DNA of 64,000 bases from Amoebidium appalachense (GCA_963693365.1 CAVNZM010000002.1:13115615-13179614), one strand, 5' to 3'. Shown: positions 1-14,431, counted from the stretch's first letter. Program-made: numbers and translations. Notes: generated from the sequence alone by a model not told the origin.

Positions 1-19
1 ATTTTTATATTGCACTTAC

Positions 20-1833
20 CAGAGAGTTTGTGTTCAACTTTGGAACCTTCCTGACCTCAAACTTCTCCGACACAGTGAAAAACGTCGACTTGGGGACCTC
101 GCCAGAGTACGTCGTGCACTTTGCGCCCCTGGCCACGCACGCGGGGGGCGGGGAAGTAGCACACTGATAACCACTGTATCCCCTTTGGCACCTGCACGTG
201 TACCCTTGCTTGTATAGGCGGTTCTGCTTGCATTCTCCGCCGTTCTGGCAGGGTCTCGAATCGCACGGGTTGACTGCCTCCTTGCAGTTTCTCCCGGAGA
301 AGAACGCTGGGCATGTGCATGTGTAGCTGGTACCGTTAACGCTCGTGCACGTGCCGCCGTTAAGGCATGGGTTAACCGCGCACATGTTGATCTGCGTCTC
401 GCAATTTGCACCCGTCCACCCCTTAGGGCATAGACACTTGTATGTGGAAGCGGTGAGTTTTGCGCAAACGCCCCCGTTCTGGCACGGGTTTTTGGGAAGG
501 CATGGGTTGGGCTCGATGGTACATTGCGCTCCAGTGTAACCGTTGAGGCACGTGCACGTGAAACCCGCGGGAGAGGATGTGCACTGGCCGTTGGCGCCGC
601 ACGGATTTGATTGGCAGAAATCGATCTGGCTCTCGCACGTGCTTCCCGTGTATCCGGCAGGGCACGTGCACTGGAACTGCCCGTTCTGATTGGTGCATTG
701 ACCTCCATTCTGGCACGGGTCGGGCAGGCACGGATTCACAGGGGGTGGGGGCGGGGATGGGGGTGCAGTCTCACAGTTTGTTCCCGTGTACCCGTCAACA
801 CACGCGCACGTGTATGTCGACGAGTCGGAAGAGGTGCATTTGCCGTTGTTTTGGCAAGGGGAGGATGAGCAAGGATCGGTAGGGGGGACGGGCGGCACGG
901 TGGTCGTTTGGCTCGGTGTATTGGTGGTGGTGGTGGTGGTCGTGGTGGTGGTCGTGGTGGTGGTCGTGGTGGTGGTCGTGGTGGTGGTGGGGGTTTCCGT
1001 GGGGGTTTCGCTGGTGCTTCCGCTTGCCGAGGGGGTTACAACAACGTCTGGGGTTTCGCAAGCCGTACCCGAAAATCCGGTCGGGCATGCGCAAGTGTAT
1101 GAAGATCCGTTGGTGGTGGAGCAGTTGCCGCCGTTCTGGCACGGGTTATTCGGGGCGCAAACCGAATTTTCGCAATTCAAACCGGAAAATCCGGAAGGGC
1201 AGGTGCACGAGTACACGAGCCCGTCGTTTGTGTTGCACGTGCCGCCGTTTTTGCATGGGTTGGAGGGGGTGTTGCACACAGTGTTTGCGAGCTCGGGCCC
1301 GGCGTAGACGAGAACCTTGGGGGTGTTGGCCGGGATAGTGTTGGTGCTTAAGGGGGTGGCCTTCTTCAGCAGGAAGTTGGTTACCTGTGTGAGGGAAAAA
1401 GGAAAGAGTGAGTGGATAGACATGAAAATACAACCAAAAAAAGGGAGGGGGAGGAGGGGGTGGGGGGGTGGGGAGGGGGAGGGAGAGGGGGGAGGGGGGA
1501 GGGGAGGGGAAGAAGGACAGGGATAGAGAGACGGGCGAGGGGGAAGGAGAGGGGCTAGAATGTATTACAGAGTAGTACACATTCACGGTGGAAGGGGAAA
1601 AGCAGGGGGGTCATGGGGGGCAGGGGACGGAGTGTTAAATATGTCGGAGTACGATGTACATATCTCAACGGACAACACCATGCAAAGTGCAAACCGGGGG
1701 GACCAAATACACGGAGCACACCGACCCAGTGAAACAAATACACCCACTTGAGCGTGGCGGAGTGCAGGGCGGTACGGATTCTTTTCGGCTGGTGGTTACT
1801 TTGGTGGCACAGTGTGTGTGGGTGTGGGTGTGT

Positions 1834-1864
<31 letters not shown>

Positions 1865-1890
1865 GGGGGGTATAGATTAGGTGAGGGCTT

Positions 1891-1934
<44 letters not shown>

Positions 1935-3099
1935 AAAGGGGGGGGGGGGGGGGGACCAGCAAAAAAAAAAGGGGGGGGGGGGGGGATGGGGTTTATGGAT
2001 ATTTACAGTCTGCAGGTTCCACGTAGGGTACATGGACCAAGTCATTGCCAGCGTGCCGGCCACAAAAGGAGACGCCATGCTCGTGCCCGTGAGATTCACC
2101 GTGGCAGTAGTACTTGAAAAACTGCACGATTCAATGTCCGTCCCTGGAGCCAAAATATCCACACATGACCCATAGTTTGAATACCAAGTCTCGAATGTAT
2201 CGAAAGAGTTTACGGCGCCGACGGTAATCGCGCTTGGTGAATTTGCGGGGGACTGTGTGCATGCATCAGCGGCGGAGTTTCCAGCTGCGACGACCACGCC
2301 GACGCCCGCGGCGACGGCGGCTTCGACGGCTTTGATGAGTTCTGGATCGTTACCGCCACCGAGAGACATATTGATGACGTGTTTGCGTGATGGTTTGCTG
2401 TGGGCGAAAGGGGATGGGTGTCATAGGGTGCGTTTATAAGTGTTCAGTTCCTAAGTGTGTAGTGGGGACGATACATCTGCCTCAGTGTGTGGTGCTGGGC
2501 CTAGGGACCATATAACAGTAATTTCGGTGGGGTTGGGCAATCACACAAACAATGCACATAAACACACACACACCATCCCTCCCTCGGGGATTCATGCCTC
2601 CCCCCCCCCCCCCCCCCTCCCCTTCCCCCTCACACACACACACACCCCTCCTGCTTCACAGCCCGAATCCCATCCCCCCCCCCCCCCCCCCAAAAAAAAA
2701 ATAAAAAATAAAAAAATAAGACCACCACCACCACCATCACCACTTCTTTTCCAAATATGCACACCACACACCTTGCAGCAGTAGCCACGGCATAATCAAT
2801 ACCCTCCAGCACCGTAGCCGTTGTGCCCGACCCGGCCGAATTTAGCACCCTGACAGCCACAATGGTTGCGTCCTTGGCCACCCCAAAATTCTTGCCTGCA
2901 GCCGTACCAGCCACGTGTGTGCCGTGCCCATTTCCGTCCGCTGCGCTTGTAATTGTCTCACCCGATATGGGGTTGGAATAGAACCCCCACACTACACGGC
3001 TGGCCCCGCTGCCGTCTGTGAGTTCTGAGTGGCGGTTTACCCCTGTATCGATGACGTAGCTGTGGGTGGGATCGAATTTAACACAGTTGCTAACCTCAA

Positions 3100-3130
<31 letters not shown>

Positions 3131-3209
3131 CCCCCCCACCAACACCTTCTCCCCTTTTGTCAAAGTGCAGGTAAAAGTCACTTGGTCCCGAGTTCTTTCT
3201 ATTCAGGGG

Positions 3210-3242
<33 letters not shown>

Positions 3243-3541
3243 CCTTTTTGAGGGAAAGTCATTTGGCAAGAGCTTTTGAAGTCTCTGTCTCCTTTCCTCC
3301 CATGATCATCTTTTCATTTCCTCTTCCTTTAGTTTCCTTCCTTTTTTCTTTCTTTAGGTATCCTTTCCTTCTTCTCTTTCCCTCCTTCCTTTCTTTTCCT
3401 TTTTGTTTTTTTTCCTTTCCTTTCTTTCTTTCTCCCCCCCCCCCCCCCCCTCCCCCCCCCCCTCCCTCCCTCCCTCCCAGAACCCTCCTTTTTCTTTCTC
3501 TTTTCTCACTTCTTCTCCTTCTTCTTTCTTTTTTTTTCTTT

Positions 3542-3572
<31 letters not shown>

Positions 3573-4063
3573 TTTATTTTTATTTTTTTATTTTTTATTT
3601 TTTATTTTTATATATTTATTTATTATTTGTTTTTTTTATTTTTTATTTTTTTTTTTTTTGGGGGGGGGGGGGGGGGTAAATACATGTCCGTGTTGGCACC
3701 ATAAGAGTCTGCCACAGGGCGATTGGCCAATCGGTCCAGACCAGACCGTTGGGTGATACGGTCAAGGCCCCAGCCAGGCGCAGCAATGGCCTTGTGAACC
3801 ATATTTGGTGATGCAGACAGGATGCTGATTGGTGGAAAATCATTCAGTTTGTGGTAACTGGGTAACTGCATGCTGAAAGAAAAACTACATTGACCGGGCC
3901 GGAGCTTCTTCTAACGATTACATCGATCACATCTATCGTGATAGCATGTGACACGGAGAAAAGAAAAAAAAGAAAAGAAAAAGAAAGAAAGAAAGAAAAA
4001 ACGAGGTTAACACACGCGCACGCACGCGCGCGCGCACACACACACACACACACTTACGCACTT

Positions 4064-4129
<66 letters not shown>

Positions 4130-4294
4130 ACACACACACAAGGGGGGGAGATTGACCAGCAGAGCAAAAGTGGCACACAGTTACCAACCACGGCAAGGAT
4201 CGTGTGGCTCCCTCGGCGTTCACCAGCAAACCATGTTGTGAGGACGAATACGGAAAACCTCTTTCTTTCGTCAAGAAAAAGCGCGCATGCAGTC

Positions 4295-4347
<53 letters not shown>

Positions 4348-4384
4348 CCACTGCTGTGCACCCTTTTTTTGTGGGGAGGGGGGA

Positions 4385-4417
<33 letters not shown>

Positions 4418-5019
4418 CATACTCAGGGTCACTCAGAAGCTTGTCCAAAGCGGCATCTGCCTTGCCTCCAGACATCTTGACCAACGCACTCCCCACACGG
4501 GTATACGCTTTCTGTGGGCATTTCAAGGTACATTTAAAAAAAAAAAAAAGAAAAAAAAAAAAAAAGAAAAAAAAACTTGTCAGATCAAAGGGTTGTGTGG
4601 TCGTGTTTGCTCATTTGCAATGGATGGATCAGCCGGGGCTCACAGTAAGTGCCGTGGTTTATGAAATTTCCTTTGTCACTGCGATACCGCCGTTTTTGGT
4701 TCACGGTGCGGTGTTGTATATGCAGCAACATTTTTTTGGTGGTTGCGTGACTGTATGTGCAAATATTAGGTGATTTCTTGCGATTTCTTGCAGCGCATCA
4801 AGTTTTCACACGAGCCTACCAATTTGTGGCAAAGGCTCTGCTAACAGCGTGCTGCCTACAAACAATGCAAATAAACTTCTGATTATGCAAATGACGAATG
4901 CAAAAATACATTGAATCTTATTCATTTTTATTTGCGGGGTTTTATAGCATTTTTTGTTAGGTTTTTTTCTGGGAAGGGTTGATTCGAAACTGGGTAAACT
5001 AACCCCCCCCCCCCCCCCA

Positions 5020-5051
<32 letters not shown>

Positions 5052-5707
5052 AGATATATGCTTGTTAAAACGTGTAGAAACTTCATTATCAAGCATACCA
5101 TACTAGTAGTTATAGACACGCAGAAGAGCAACAATAAAAAGATTATCTTTGATGTGCATTTTCATTCAGCTCCCTGGCACATGAGCTACGTCCAACAACA
5201 ACAACAACCAAAAAAAAAAAAAAAAAGAAAAAGAAAAAGAAAAAAAGAAAAGAAAAGAAAAGAAAAGAAAAAAAGAGAAGAAGAAGATGCGGGACAAGAA
5301 GTAATAATGGCGCCGCCAGGGCGCAATTTCGCTGGATGAATACTATCAACAACAACAGCAACAAAAAGTTTCGCTACGAGAAAGAAAATCAAAGTTTTTA
5401 CCTTGAGTCCCGAGTCAGATGAGAGCTCGCTCGCCTTGAATCCGGCCCTAGCCGCATCCACCTTCGTCTTTGCGTCTTTAACCTTTGCGCTGTCCTTAAA
5501 CCTAATAATGTACTCCCCTGCCACCACCACGTTTCTCTTTTTGGCGTTTATCGCACCTAGTGCACCTATTTTGCCTGCCATCGAGTCAACTTTGCTATCG
5601 GGGTCGATGTATTTTGTGCTTTGGGGCTTTCCCTCCACCCCAAGAAGGAAGGTGCAGCTCGCTAGGGCTGCCCAGAGGGTAACCCAGCGAGGAATATTGG
5701 AAGTCAT
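20..5707 (-). CDS. Secreted subtilisin-like (S8) serine protease with prodomain, Thr-rich linker and 8 EGF-like repeats; 3'-partial
   Basis: Exons about 5402-5707, 4423-4511, 3684-3824, 2772-3059, 2007-2397 and 20-1384, all GT-AG. Signal peptide MTSNIPRWVTLWAALASCTFLLG, prodomain motif GEYIIRFKD, WGLDRI. Catalytic triad YVIDTG / DGNGHGTHVAG / GTSMASP, plus AAGN. EGF repeats of type CxxxPCQNGGxC...CxCxxGxxGxxC. A GTAAGT donor at 14-19 implies the gene continues past the window edge. Confidence 0.92.
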
Positions 5708-7424
5708 GGTGTCGAGTCGTTCTTCGTTTTTGGGCGTTCGTTTTTCTCGCTCAATACGACAAAGACATGCAGAATTGGCACAAAATGTTGTGCATTTACA
5801 AGTGTATCGGCTAGTTTAAGAGGGTTGTGTATCTTAATAAACACGTGTGAAGAATGAACTGAATTTCCGATGTTTTTTCAACTGTCTGTGCACATGAGGT
5901 CGTGTCGTGTCTTCCGCTCTCGCATCCCAAAACAGACTGAAGTTGTCAGACACAGGGGGGCGTTTTTACATACAAGCTACCATGACCAAGTAACCCTGTA
6001 CAGCACAGTCAGACAGTTGGTATTGTGTGACGTTAGTCTGGTGAAGGTATGCAAGCGCTGCAGACTAAAAATAGGATGTGAAACGTTGGACAGTGACTGT
6101 AATATATTAGTGTACACGTTCGAACGTTCGAAAAAGTTTGGAACGACTGACGTTGCTGCCTACGAACTGATCCTTTGAGCAAACTCTTGAGTCTTGATTC
6201 CACGATATGTTGCTTTATATTTTTTCTAATCAACATTATACATACAAAGACTTAAATTTGGTTGATAGAATCAGCCAATATACACCTAATTATTAGGTAC
6301 AAGTACATCTGATAAACGACAAGGAGTGTGCATGTACCCTCAGAATCCGGAGCCGAGGAATGTAAAGGGAGGATTTTGATTGGCGAAAATTATCGGCGGT
6401 CAGCCAGAGAATCTTCCATCGGAATGTAATTTTCATTCAGATTCTTCAACACGTTTCATGAACAGTCTGACAGTGTCACGATTCTCACGAAAAAATGCAT
6501 CTGTACATGCATTTGGTAACTTTATTTAAATCAATTTCATTTTTTCTCATTTTTCATCCAAGTGTAGTTGTAACGTTTACGTTTTGGGAAAGGGATGTGA
6601 CCTGGCCATGGGCTGCCAAGTTGGGCAAAAAAACACGCTGCATACCTCTTTCGGCATCAAGCCTTTTGACACAGCAAAATGCATTATGATTGGATCTTGG
6701 AGTATGTAGTTGTGCGTTAAAAGCTGTTACAAATCATACACGCTTCTCTCCGACATTCCACAATAAATAAGCCTGTCAGGCTGTCAGTAGCCCTGGGCCC
6801 ATACTGCATGCGGGGTGCGTGAGACTGATCAGCGCAGATACATCGGGCGGCTCGAGGCTGCCGGGGCTAGCGCTGGCTGAGCTCGAGCTGCCAGGCCGGA
6901 CTGAGGGATGAGGGAGACTCCCACCCCCCTCCCCCCCCCCCCCCCCCCCCCCCCCCCCTCTCCCCCCCCCCCCCCCCCCCCCCCCTCCCCCCCCCCGTTC
7001 CCCTCCCCCAAACACACGCACACACACGCATACACGCCCACCCACCCACCCACCCACCCACCATCACACCCACCACCACCACAACCACCACAACATGCAT
7101 CACCACCAGTACCACCACCACGATCACTGGTGGTAATGGTGACCATCACCACCACTGAGTCCTGACAACCGTTGTTGACTCACTCAATTCCGTTCTGATG
7201 ATGGGTATTAGATGAACGGCATGCGCAGAGGTTCGGCCATGGAAGCAGTTTGGGATCGGTCCATCTTGGGCGTATGCATCGGTTGGGTATGCATTGTGCC
7301 ATAATGACCGTGCACGGTGTGTGGACACACATCACGTGTGTGTGTGTGTGTTTGCAATGTGTATGTGTGGTGTGTACGCCGTGTGTATGTGCGCGCACGC
7401 ACGCGCGTGCGCGCGTGTGTGTCA

Positions 7425-7475
<51 letters not shown>

Positions 7476-7791
7476 TGTGTTTGTGTGTGTCGGTGCGTGT
7501 GTGTGTCAGTGTGTGTGTGTGCCGGTGTGTGGTGTCACGGGATGCGCGCACACGTGACCGTGTATGGCTGAGGGCATGCGACTCAACCTTTATGATGTCA
7601 CGTGGGTCGCGGTTGGTGTGTGGGTCACAGTGTAACTGTTTATGAGCATTTTTTGTCACGTTGCATTTTTGTGTGTATGATGTGTGCCGAGTTGAAAGGA
7701 AGGGAAAGGGAAAGGATTGAAGAAAGGGGGGACCCGGGGGGGGGGGGGGGGGGGGGAGGGGGGGGGGGGAAAGAAGGGGGGGACAGAGAGA

Positions 7792-7823
<32 letters not shown>

Positions 7824-7965
7824 AGAACAGAGACAGAGAGAGCTGGAGAGAGAGAGAGAGAGAGAGACTTTGAAAGAGCAAGAGAGTCTCAGAGAGAGAC
7901 ACACACACACACACACGCACACACACACAGAGAGAGAGAGATCGGAGAGAGAGAGAGAGAGAGAT

Positions 7966-8017
<52 letters not shown>

Positions 8018-8031
8018 GAGAGAGAGATCGG

Positions 8032-8063
<32 letters not shown>

Positions 8064-8077
8064 AGAGAGAGAGATCG

Positions 8078-8169
<92 letters not shown>

Positions 8170-8597
8170 CACAGAAGAGAGGAAGAGAAGGGCGGGGGAG
8201 GACGCAAGGAGGGGGGGGGGAGGGGGGAGGGGAGAAGGGGGGGGGGGGGGGGGATGAGAGAAAGAGGCGGGATTCCCGAAGAGACATTGAAAGGGATCAA
8301 AGGAGAGGTAAAGTTCTAGAGTGATAGCTAGGGGAAGAGTGATATTTCAACAGAGATGTATACGTGTGCACCTCCCTCCTACCCCTTGCTGCCCTCTCCC
8401 CCACCACCACCCAAGCCCCCATCCCCCCCCCCCCCTCCCCCCCCCCCCCCCCCCCCCCCCCCCCCACCCCCTCCGGCCCCCACACAAATACACACAGTTT
8501 ATCACACCCTTAACAGTCCTGAATTAGTACCCCACCCCCTCCCCCCTCCCTTCCGTCCCTCCCAACCCCTCCGCCCCCAACAACAGCCCATGGTTCC

Positions 8598-8638
<41 letters not shown>

Positions 8639-8687
8639 ACAAAAAAAAAAAGGGCCCAACCACATCGGCAGAGTCGACTTGCAATAA

Positions 8688-8780
8688 GCAGAATTATTCT
8701 GCAAAAGCGGAATTATTCTACTTTTAGCAGAATTGTTCTGCAAAAAGCAGAATTATTCTGTAAAAGCAGAATAATTTTGC
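8688..8780. repeat. Tandem array of five palindromic units (GCAGAATTATTCTGC-like), 19-20 bp period
   Basis: Units start at about 8688, 8707, 8727, 8747 and 8766, separated by short A/T spacers. Confidence 0.85.
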
Positions 8781-9063
8781 TTTTAGCTACATTGCTACTT
8801 ACTTTTTTTATTTATTTAATCTTATCACGTTTTGTTCCCGGAGAGCCTTTGCAGGCCTCTAGGGAAACCACCGTCTACCACACAACACCGACAGTACACT
8901 AATTAAGGTGCTGCTACTTACTTACAGTAGTTAGGTTATCAGCACCCAACGAGGCAGGCAGATGCAGGCTGTACCTATCCCGACGTCCGTGGCAAATCTT
9001 GTTTGGATCCATCTAGTGTTTGTGTGTGTGTCACAATTTGTGGTTTAAGTTAAGTTGTGTGTG

Positions 9064-9125
<62 letters not shown>

Positions 9126-9947
9126 TGAGCATGCGTGCGGGCGTGCAGGCTGGCGTGCGTGCGGGCATGTGTGCCTGTTTGTGCGGGTGTTCACGAATTC
9201 TTGAGAGTCTCGTGCATGCATTGGTATGAGTTACTTTATTTAGTCTGTGCCACGGTAGTGCTGTGTGTGTACATGCGTGGGTGCCAGTGTAAAAAATGAT
9301 TATAAGGAAATGTCCCAGACAGCATTGCGATGTTAACTTGTCCAAACAAACCCATTCGGCAGCAACAACCGCACAAGCCATAAATGTTCTTGTCTTTTTG
9401 AACCAAGTGTTAACATGAAAAACGAAAGAAGGCTTCATGACTCGGAGTGGGAAATGTGGGCGGCAGTTCGACTGCAACCAACTGCATGGGGCTCTCTTGA
9501 TCCCTGAAATCGCAGATCTGTTTCCCATTTTGCGTGTATGTTGCATATCCGAAAATTCAAAGTTTATACCGTCGGATCGGATAGTAAGATGGCGCCTGTA
9601 CTGAGAGATATAATTATATGCCTCCGTGTGCTTGCATGTGATTGTGTGCCTGCTGGTGCAGGGAGCAGGAGAGGTAGGGCAGCAGCCGGGGGAAGGGGGA
9701 AGGGGGGAAAGAGGGGGAAGTCCCCAGAAGAGGGGAAGCCATCACTCCACACACACACCACACACATCCACACACATACTAATGTGCCCCTTTTCCCCTG
9801 CCTTCCGCCCCTCACCACCCTCACCCCACCAACCCAATGACACCCACACCGCAACCCTCCCCTCCCCCCCCTCACTCTCCCTCTTCCTCCCTCCCCCCCC
9901 CCCATTCCCTCCTCCTCCCATCATCACCACCACGCAACCACCCGCAG

Positions 9948-10370
9948 TGCGCCGTTGAGCTTGGGCTGTCCATGATGCCACGTAATTTGGAGCACGTTGA
10001 TTGGTTCAGGGAGGCGTAGGAGGCGGTGCAAAAGTGGCAGAGGGAGGCCATAGTGGTGGAGGAGGCACGCAGGCAGCCCATCCTCGATAAACTCAAGCCC
10101 CAATTGGACGAGATAAGAAAAGCCGCCGCCCAATCGTCTTTCGCGCTGCTCGGGCACATGTACAGGGCGCACCCTCCGCGCGATCCAAACCACGTGCTTC
10201 TTGGGAAAATCGAGCCCGAACAGCTGAAAAAGACTCTGATGAAGGCGGTGGTTCACTATCACCCTGATAAGAATAGTTTGCAGAGGGGGTGCGATGAGGA
10301 ATGGGTGGTGCTGTGTGAGGAAATTGTGAAGTATTTGACGCAGAAGTATGAGGGAATGAAGGGGTTCTAG
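9948..10370 (+). pseudogene. Terminal exon of a J-domain (HPD) protein with an in-frame TAG; no upstream exons identified
   Basis: Acceptor cccgcag ends at 9947. The frame reads CAVELGLSMMPRNLEHVDWFREA*EAVQKWQRE...LMKAVVHYHPDKN...LCEEIVKYLTQKYEGMKGF*. The TAG at 10017-10019 is in frame with ORF 10026-10370. Confidence 0.6.
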
Positions 10371-10703
10371 GGTGGAAAAAATGGGTGATGTGGGTGGGTG
10401 GGTGATATCGGTGGTGGTTGATGCGTGGTGGGTGGGTGGGTGGGTGGGTGGGTGGATGGTGGGTGTGGGGCGTGGGGGACTTGGTTTCAGACACTGATGA
10501 TGTCCATATAGAGTTACTTTAGGTGGACGGTATGAGAGGTGAGGTGGGTTACAGATTAATTAGAGTTGACCAATAACGGGGAGAGTCTACAAACAGGCGG
10601 ATAGCCAGTGGGTTCATTTAGGAGCTCGAGCCATTAGGGAACCGAGTGGGCCCGGGGTAGCTGGATGTGGACGGGTGAAGGGTATTGAAATAGGTGATAT
10701 AAT

Positions 10704-10744
<41 letters not shown>

Positions 10745-10756
10745 TGGAGGGAAGGG

Positions 10757-10797
<41 letters not shown>

Positions 10798-11722
10798 GTT
10801 CACAAGCAAGCGAGGTTAAGAGTGTGTGGGGTGGATGGCCCTGGAAAAGGGTACAGAGGAGTGAAGGATGCTGCCTATGATAGTGCATCGGTTGGATGTG
10901 ATATGAGTATGTAATGGATCTGTTAACGCTCGTGGTTAAAGGCACAAGTAGAAGGGAAGGCTGTATCGGGTACAAAGCACATTACATACATATTGTTATT
11001 TGACATATTGTTTGGCTCAGTATTGTGCTATGTGGTAGTAGTGTGTTCAAATTAGTTTTAGTTTGCATTTTTAGTTTGCAATACTCATTGGTTAAGGTCG
11101 AAACCAGTTCGATTGGATCACCCATATGAGGAAAGTTCGTAAAATTGATGGTACAATTGCAAAGCTTTGAGTGGTTTCTTAAGTGTAGTAGCCTGTGTGT
11201 ATACTTTTGGCTGTGTGGACGGTTATGTGTTGTCTGTACATGTACGATGTAATGTAATTATTATCAGTACTAGGTCGATAGGTATCTCTCATCGGATAGG
11301 GCTTGCATAGTTCTTGTACTGTGTACTTTTTGCTACGTGGGTCTATACCACCTCATACTTGTACATGTATACTTAATTAATGCCACGTTGTTCTGAATTC
11401 CGTAACAAATATTAAACGTGTACAATATATGGGTGTTGTGTACATAGTGCTCCTTTCTACTTGGCCCACGGCAGGCTGCACTCTCCCAGAGATCATGGCA
11501 AAAAACGAAACATGCGCATGCATATGTCCCACGGCAGCCCCCAAAATGCACGTGAAAAGTACTAATATTACTCGACAACAGCACCTCAGCATAAAAAGGA
11601 CATATGGTGCATGCGCAGCTTGTAACCGACTGTGCAAGCAAAATGAAATATAATTAGGCACGCAGCCCAAATAAAGCCAGCCCTACTCCCCCCGTGCACG
11701 TGCACCCCCCACCTCATCTGCA

Positions 11723-11774
<52 letters not shown>

Positions 11775-12853
11775 CGCACACACGCACACACACAAAAAAA
11801 AAATGCTGTCTACACACATGGCACAAATGGTCACACACACAACAACGGGGTTCCCACCCACACAACCACCGACGACATCATTATAACAAAAGGGAAACAG
11901 CGCAGCACGCACCAGGCTGGCTGAGCGTCACATGCTGAAGGCATGTAGTACATGCAATAGTGTGATTCGCACTGGTGTAGTGTACATGTATGCAGCTCCA
12001 TTTTCCATATATTTCCATATTAGGGCAGTGCTGGGTTTATTGATATCAACCATGCAGGAAAGCGAGCACAATATCTGTACATATGCAGACGAGGACCATA
12101 GCTAACCATAACAAATATTTAGTGCACATTCTTCCACTCATACCAGACGAGCTTTATAAAATACACGCTCATAAAATAGTTTGCAGGAGTACATACACGT
12201 ACATCCAACTGTCACCGATTCTCCATCTCCTCTTCTATACATACCGAACGGCGCCAGCACAATTCCGTGGGCAAACAAATCCCAACAAACAAACAAATTC
12301 CAATAAGTGGAGTCTGACCTCGTTCAAGATCCCCTGCCATCGATAAATCCGTGTTATGATGCACACATTCATTCAGGCCCACACTAAGAGCCGCTCAACC
12401 CCATTAATTGTTTCCATAACTAGCTGGGCCTGCCAGCATTCAGACTATGTATAATACAGGTGCCCGCAGCGATAATAATTATGATATCGGCTGCCTTAAA
12501 AAGGGAAATATTGAGGTTTAGGGGCACACAAGCACGGGACAAGAGACCTCAAATGGATAACAAGAACCGAAATAGAAACGAGAGTAGTTGCCTGGTGGTT
12601 AGATTTGACAACATGTGGCAAATAAGGTGCTCTACATCAATAAACACGTGCGCGCGCACGTGTGTGTGTCTCTCTCTCTCTCTCTCTCTCTGCGTGTGTG
12701 TGTGTGTGTGCGCGCGCGCGCGTGTGCGCGCGTGTGTATGTGTATGTGGGGAGACCGGGAGAGGAGGAAAAAAGGAGGCAAGGATGCCCCGGCAAGGGGC
12801 CCGAGGAGGGGGAGGTGAGGGGGGGGGGGGGGGGGGGGGGGGGTTCTGTTCCA

Positions 12854-13244
12854 TTAAGGTGACCCAGCGGCAGCCTGGGCCCTCTTCTCCTGCCTGTGCT
12901 TGGTCTTGATGTAGCGCATGAGCTCAATCTGCACGTTAGGGCTCACTCCAAATATGCGCCCGGCAGCTCCAATGCTGCGTGGCTTGGCTGCCTTGAGCGT
13001 GTCACGTGCGTCACTTGCCAAAAATGGCAACCTGGTGGTGGTGGTGGGAGGGGAGGGGGGAGGGGGGGGGGGAGCAGGCGGGTTAGTATCATATGTGTAG
13101 CATAACTCTTATTTGTCCCATATATCTGTGCTTAAAATACGCAGGCACATGCGCATGCACAAAAGTGGCGTACATCAAACCATTACAATGCATACATGTG
13201 TTGAAAAAAAAAAGAAAGAAAGAAAGAGAAGGAAGGGCTATGCA

Positions 13245-13279
<35 letters not shown>

Positions 13280-13284
13280 CCACA

Positions 13285-13340
<56 letters not shown>

Positions 13341-14239
13341 TAAACGGGGACAAAATGAAAGAAAAGAACATAACGACAGGAAAAAAAAAAAAACAAAAAA
13401 CAAAAAAAAAAAAACCCAGGCCCGTTCGCACTTTGAGTAGTCGAGGTCTTCAGGGATCAACAGCTCCTCGTCCCGTCTGAAGTCCAAAATGTCCCTCTGC
13501 TGCCGGTCTAGGACGGACTCGTATTTGCCTGCAAAAGGAGTGTGGGGGTGAGTGTCGAAACAAACACACGTTCACCATGATTGTAATATATATGCTACCA
13601 AGATTGATGGAGGCGACCCTGCGCGCGGGGGTCAGGGGGGGGGGGGGGGGGGGGGGGGGGGGAGGGATGTATGCGTTAGAGGGTTGGAAATATGGAGGAG
13701 GCAACAAAGAGCAACAACAAAACGTCACAAAAGTGGGGAAAGCCAAAATCAAACAATTTATGCGTGCAGGCAGAAGACACTTGAACAGAGCCCATCATCA
13801 GGGGGGTTCCTATGCCTCCACAAAAGCATGGGCTTCCACTCTCTAACCTCTTGCGCGTGGTTCCCAACCCATACTTTGTTTCAACAGCAATAGGCGAGGA
13901 AGCAGGAAGAGGAAGCTTTACAGTATCTGTAGTAGTGATATGCAACGAATTTAACCACTGTGCAGGATAGATAGGAGAAGGAAGGAGAGGGGAGGGGGGG
14001 CGGGGGGGGAAGGCTTCACAATAATTATTTCGATTAAGAGGGCGAATAGCACGAACATAAACACTGCAGAAACATGCATGAATGGATTGAGATCCGAAAA
14101 CACATTCATAGAGCTTTGTGTATGTTTTTGTTGTAGTCAAGGGGGGGGGGGGGGGGGGGGGGGGGGAGGAGGGAGGGGGGCGAATGGGGGGAGAGAGATC
14201 ATGGCGGGTAAGAAAGAGAGGGAGGGGAGAAGGGTTGAT

Positions 14240-14276
<37 letters not shown>

Positions 14277-14395
14277 GGGTAGGGACCTTCAATCTCGATT
14301 CTTTCTCTCAGGTGAGGGGCAATGGTTGAGATCTCAGGCTGCACCTTTGCAAGGGCATCAATACCAACATCAACATAGGAGAGCATGTCCCAGCC

Positions 14396-14431
<36 letters not shown>

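Noticed and set aside
1650-1800. Candidate extra protease exon
   Set aside because: Exons 2007-2397 and 20-1384 join directly to give the normal S8 C-terminus (WNLQT-VTNFLLKKAT).
6776-7310. Exon-like GC-rich segments (6780-6905, 7165-7310)
   Set aside because: No recognisable protein motif and no consistent gene model could be built.
7180-8324. Long ORFs encoding poly-ER/SL, HT/CV, poly-P and poly-G (here and throughout the window)
   Set aside because: These are stop-free microsatellites and homopolymers, not genes.
10017-10019. Possible TAG codon reassignment
   Set aside because: No in-frame TAG was met in the exons of MTO1, COPB2, the CBS gene or the protease. A single case is better explained by mutation or error.
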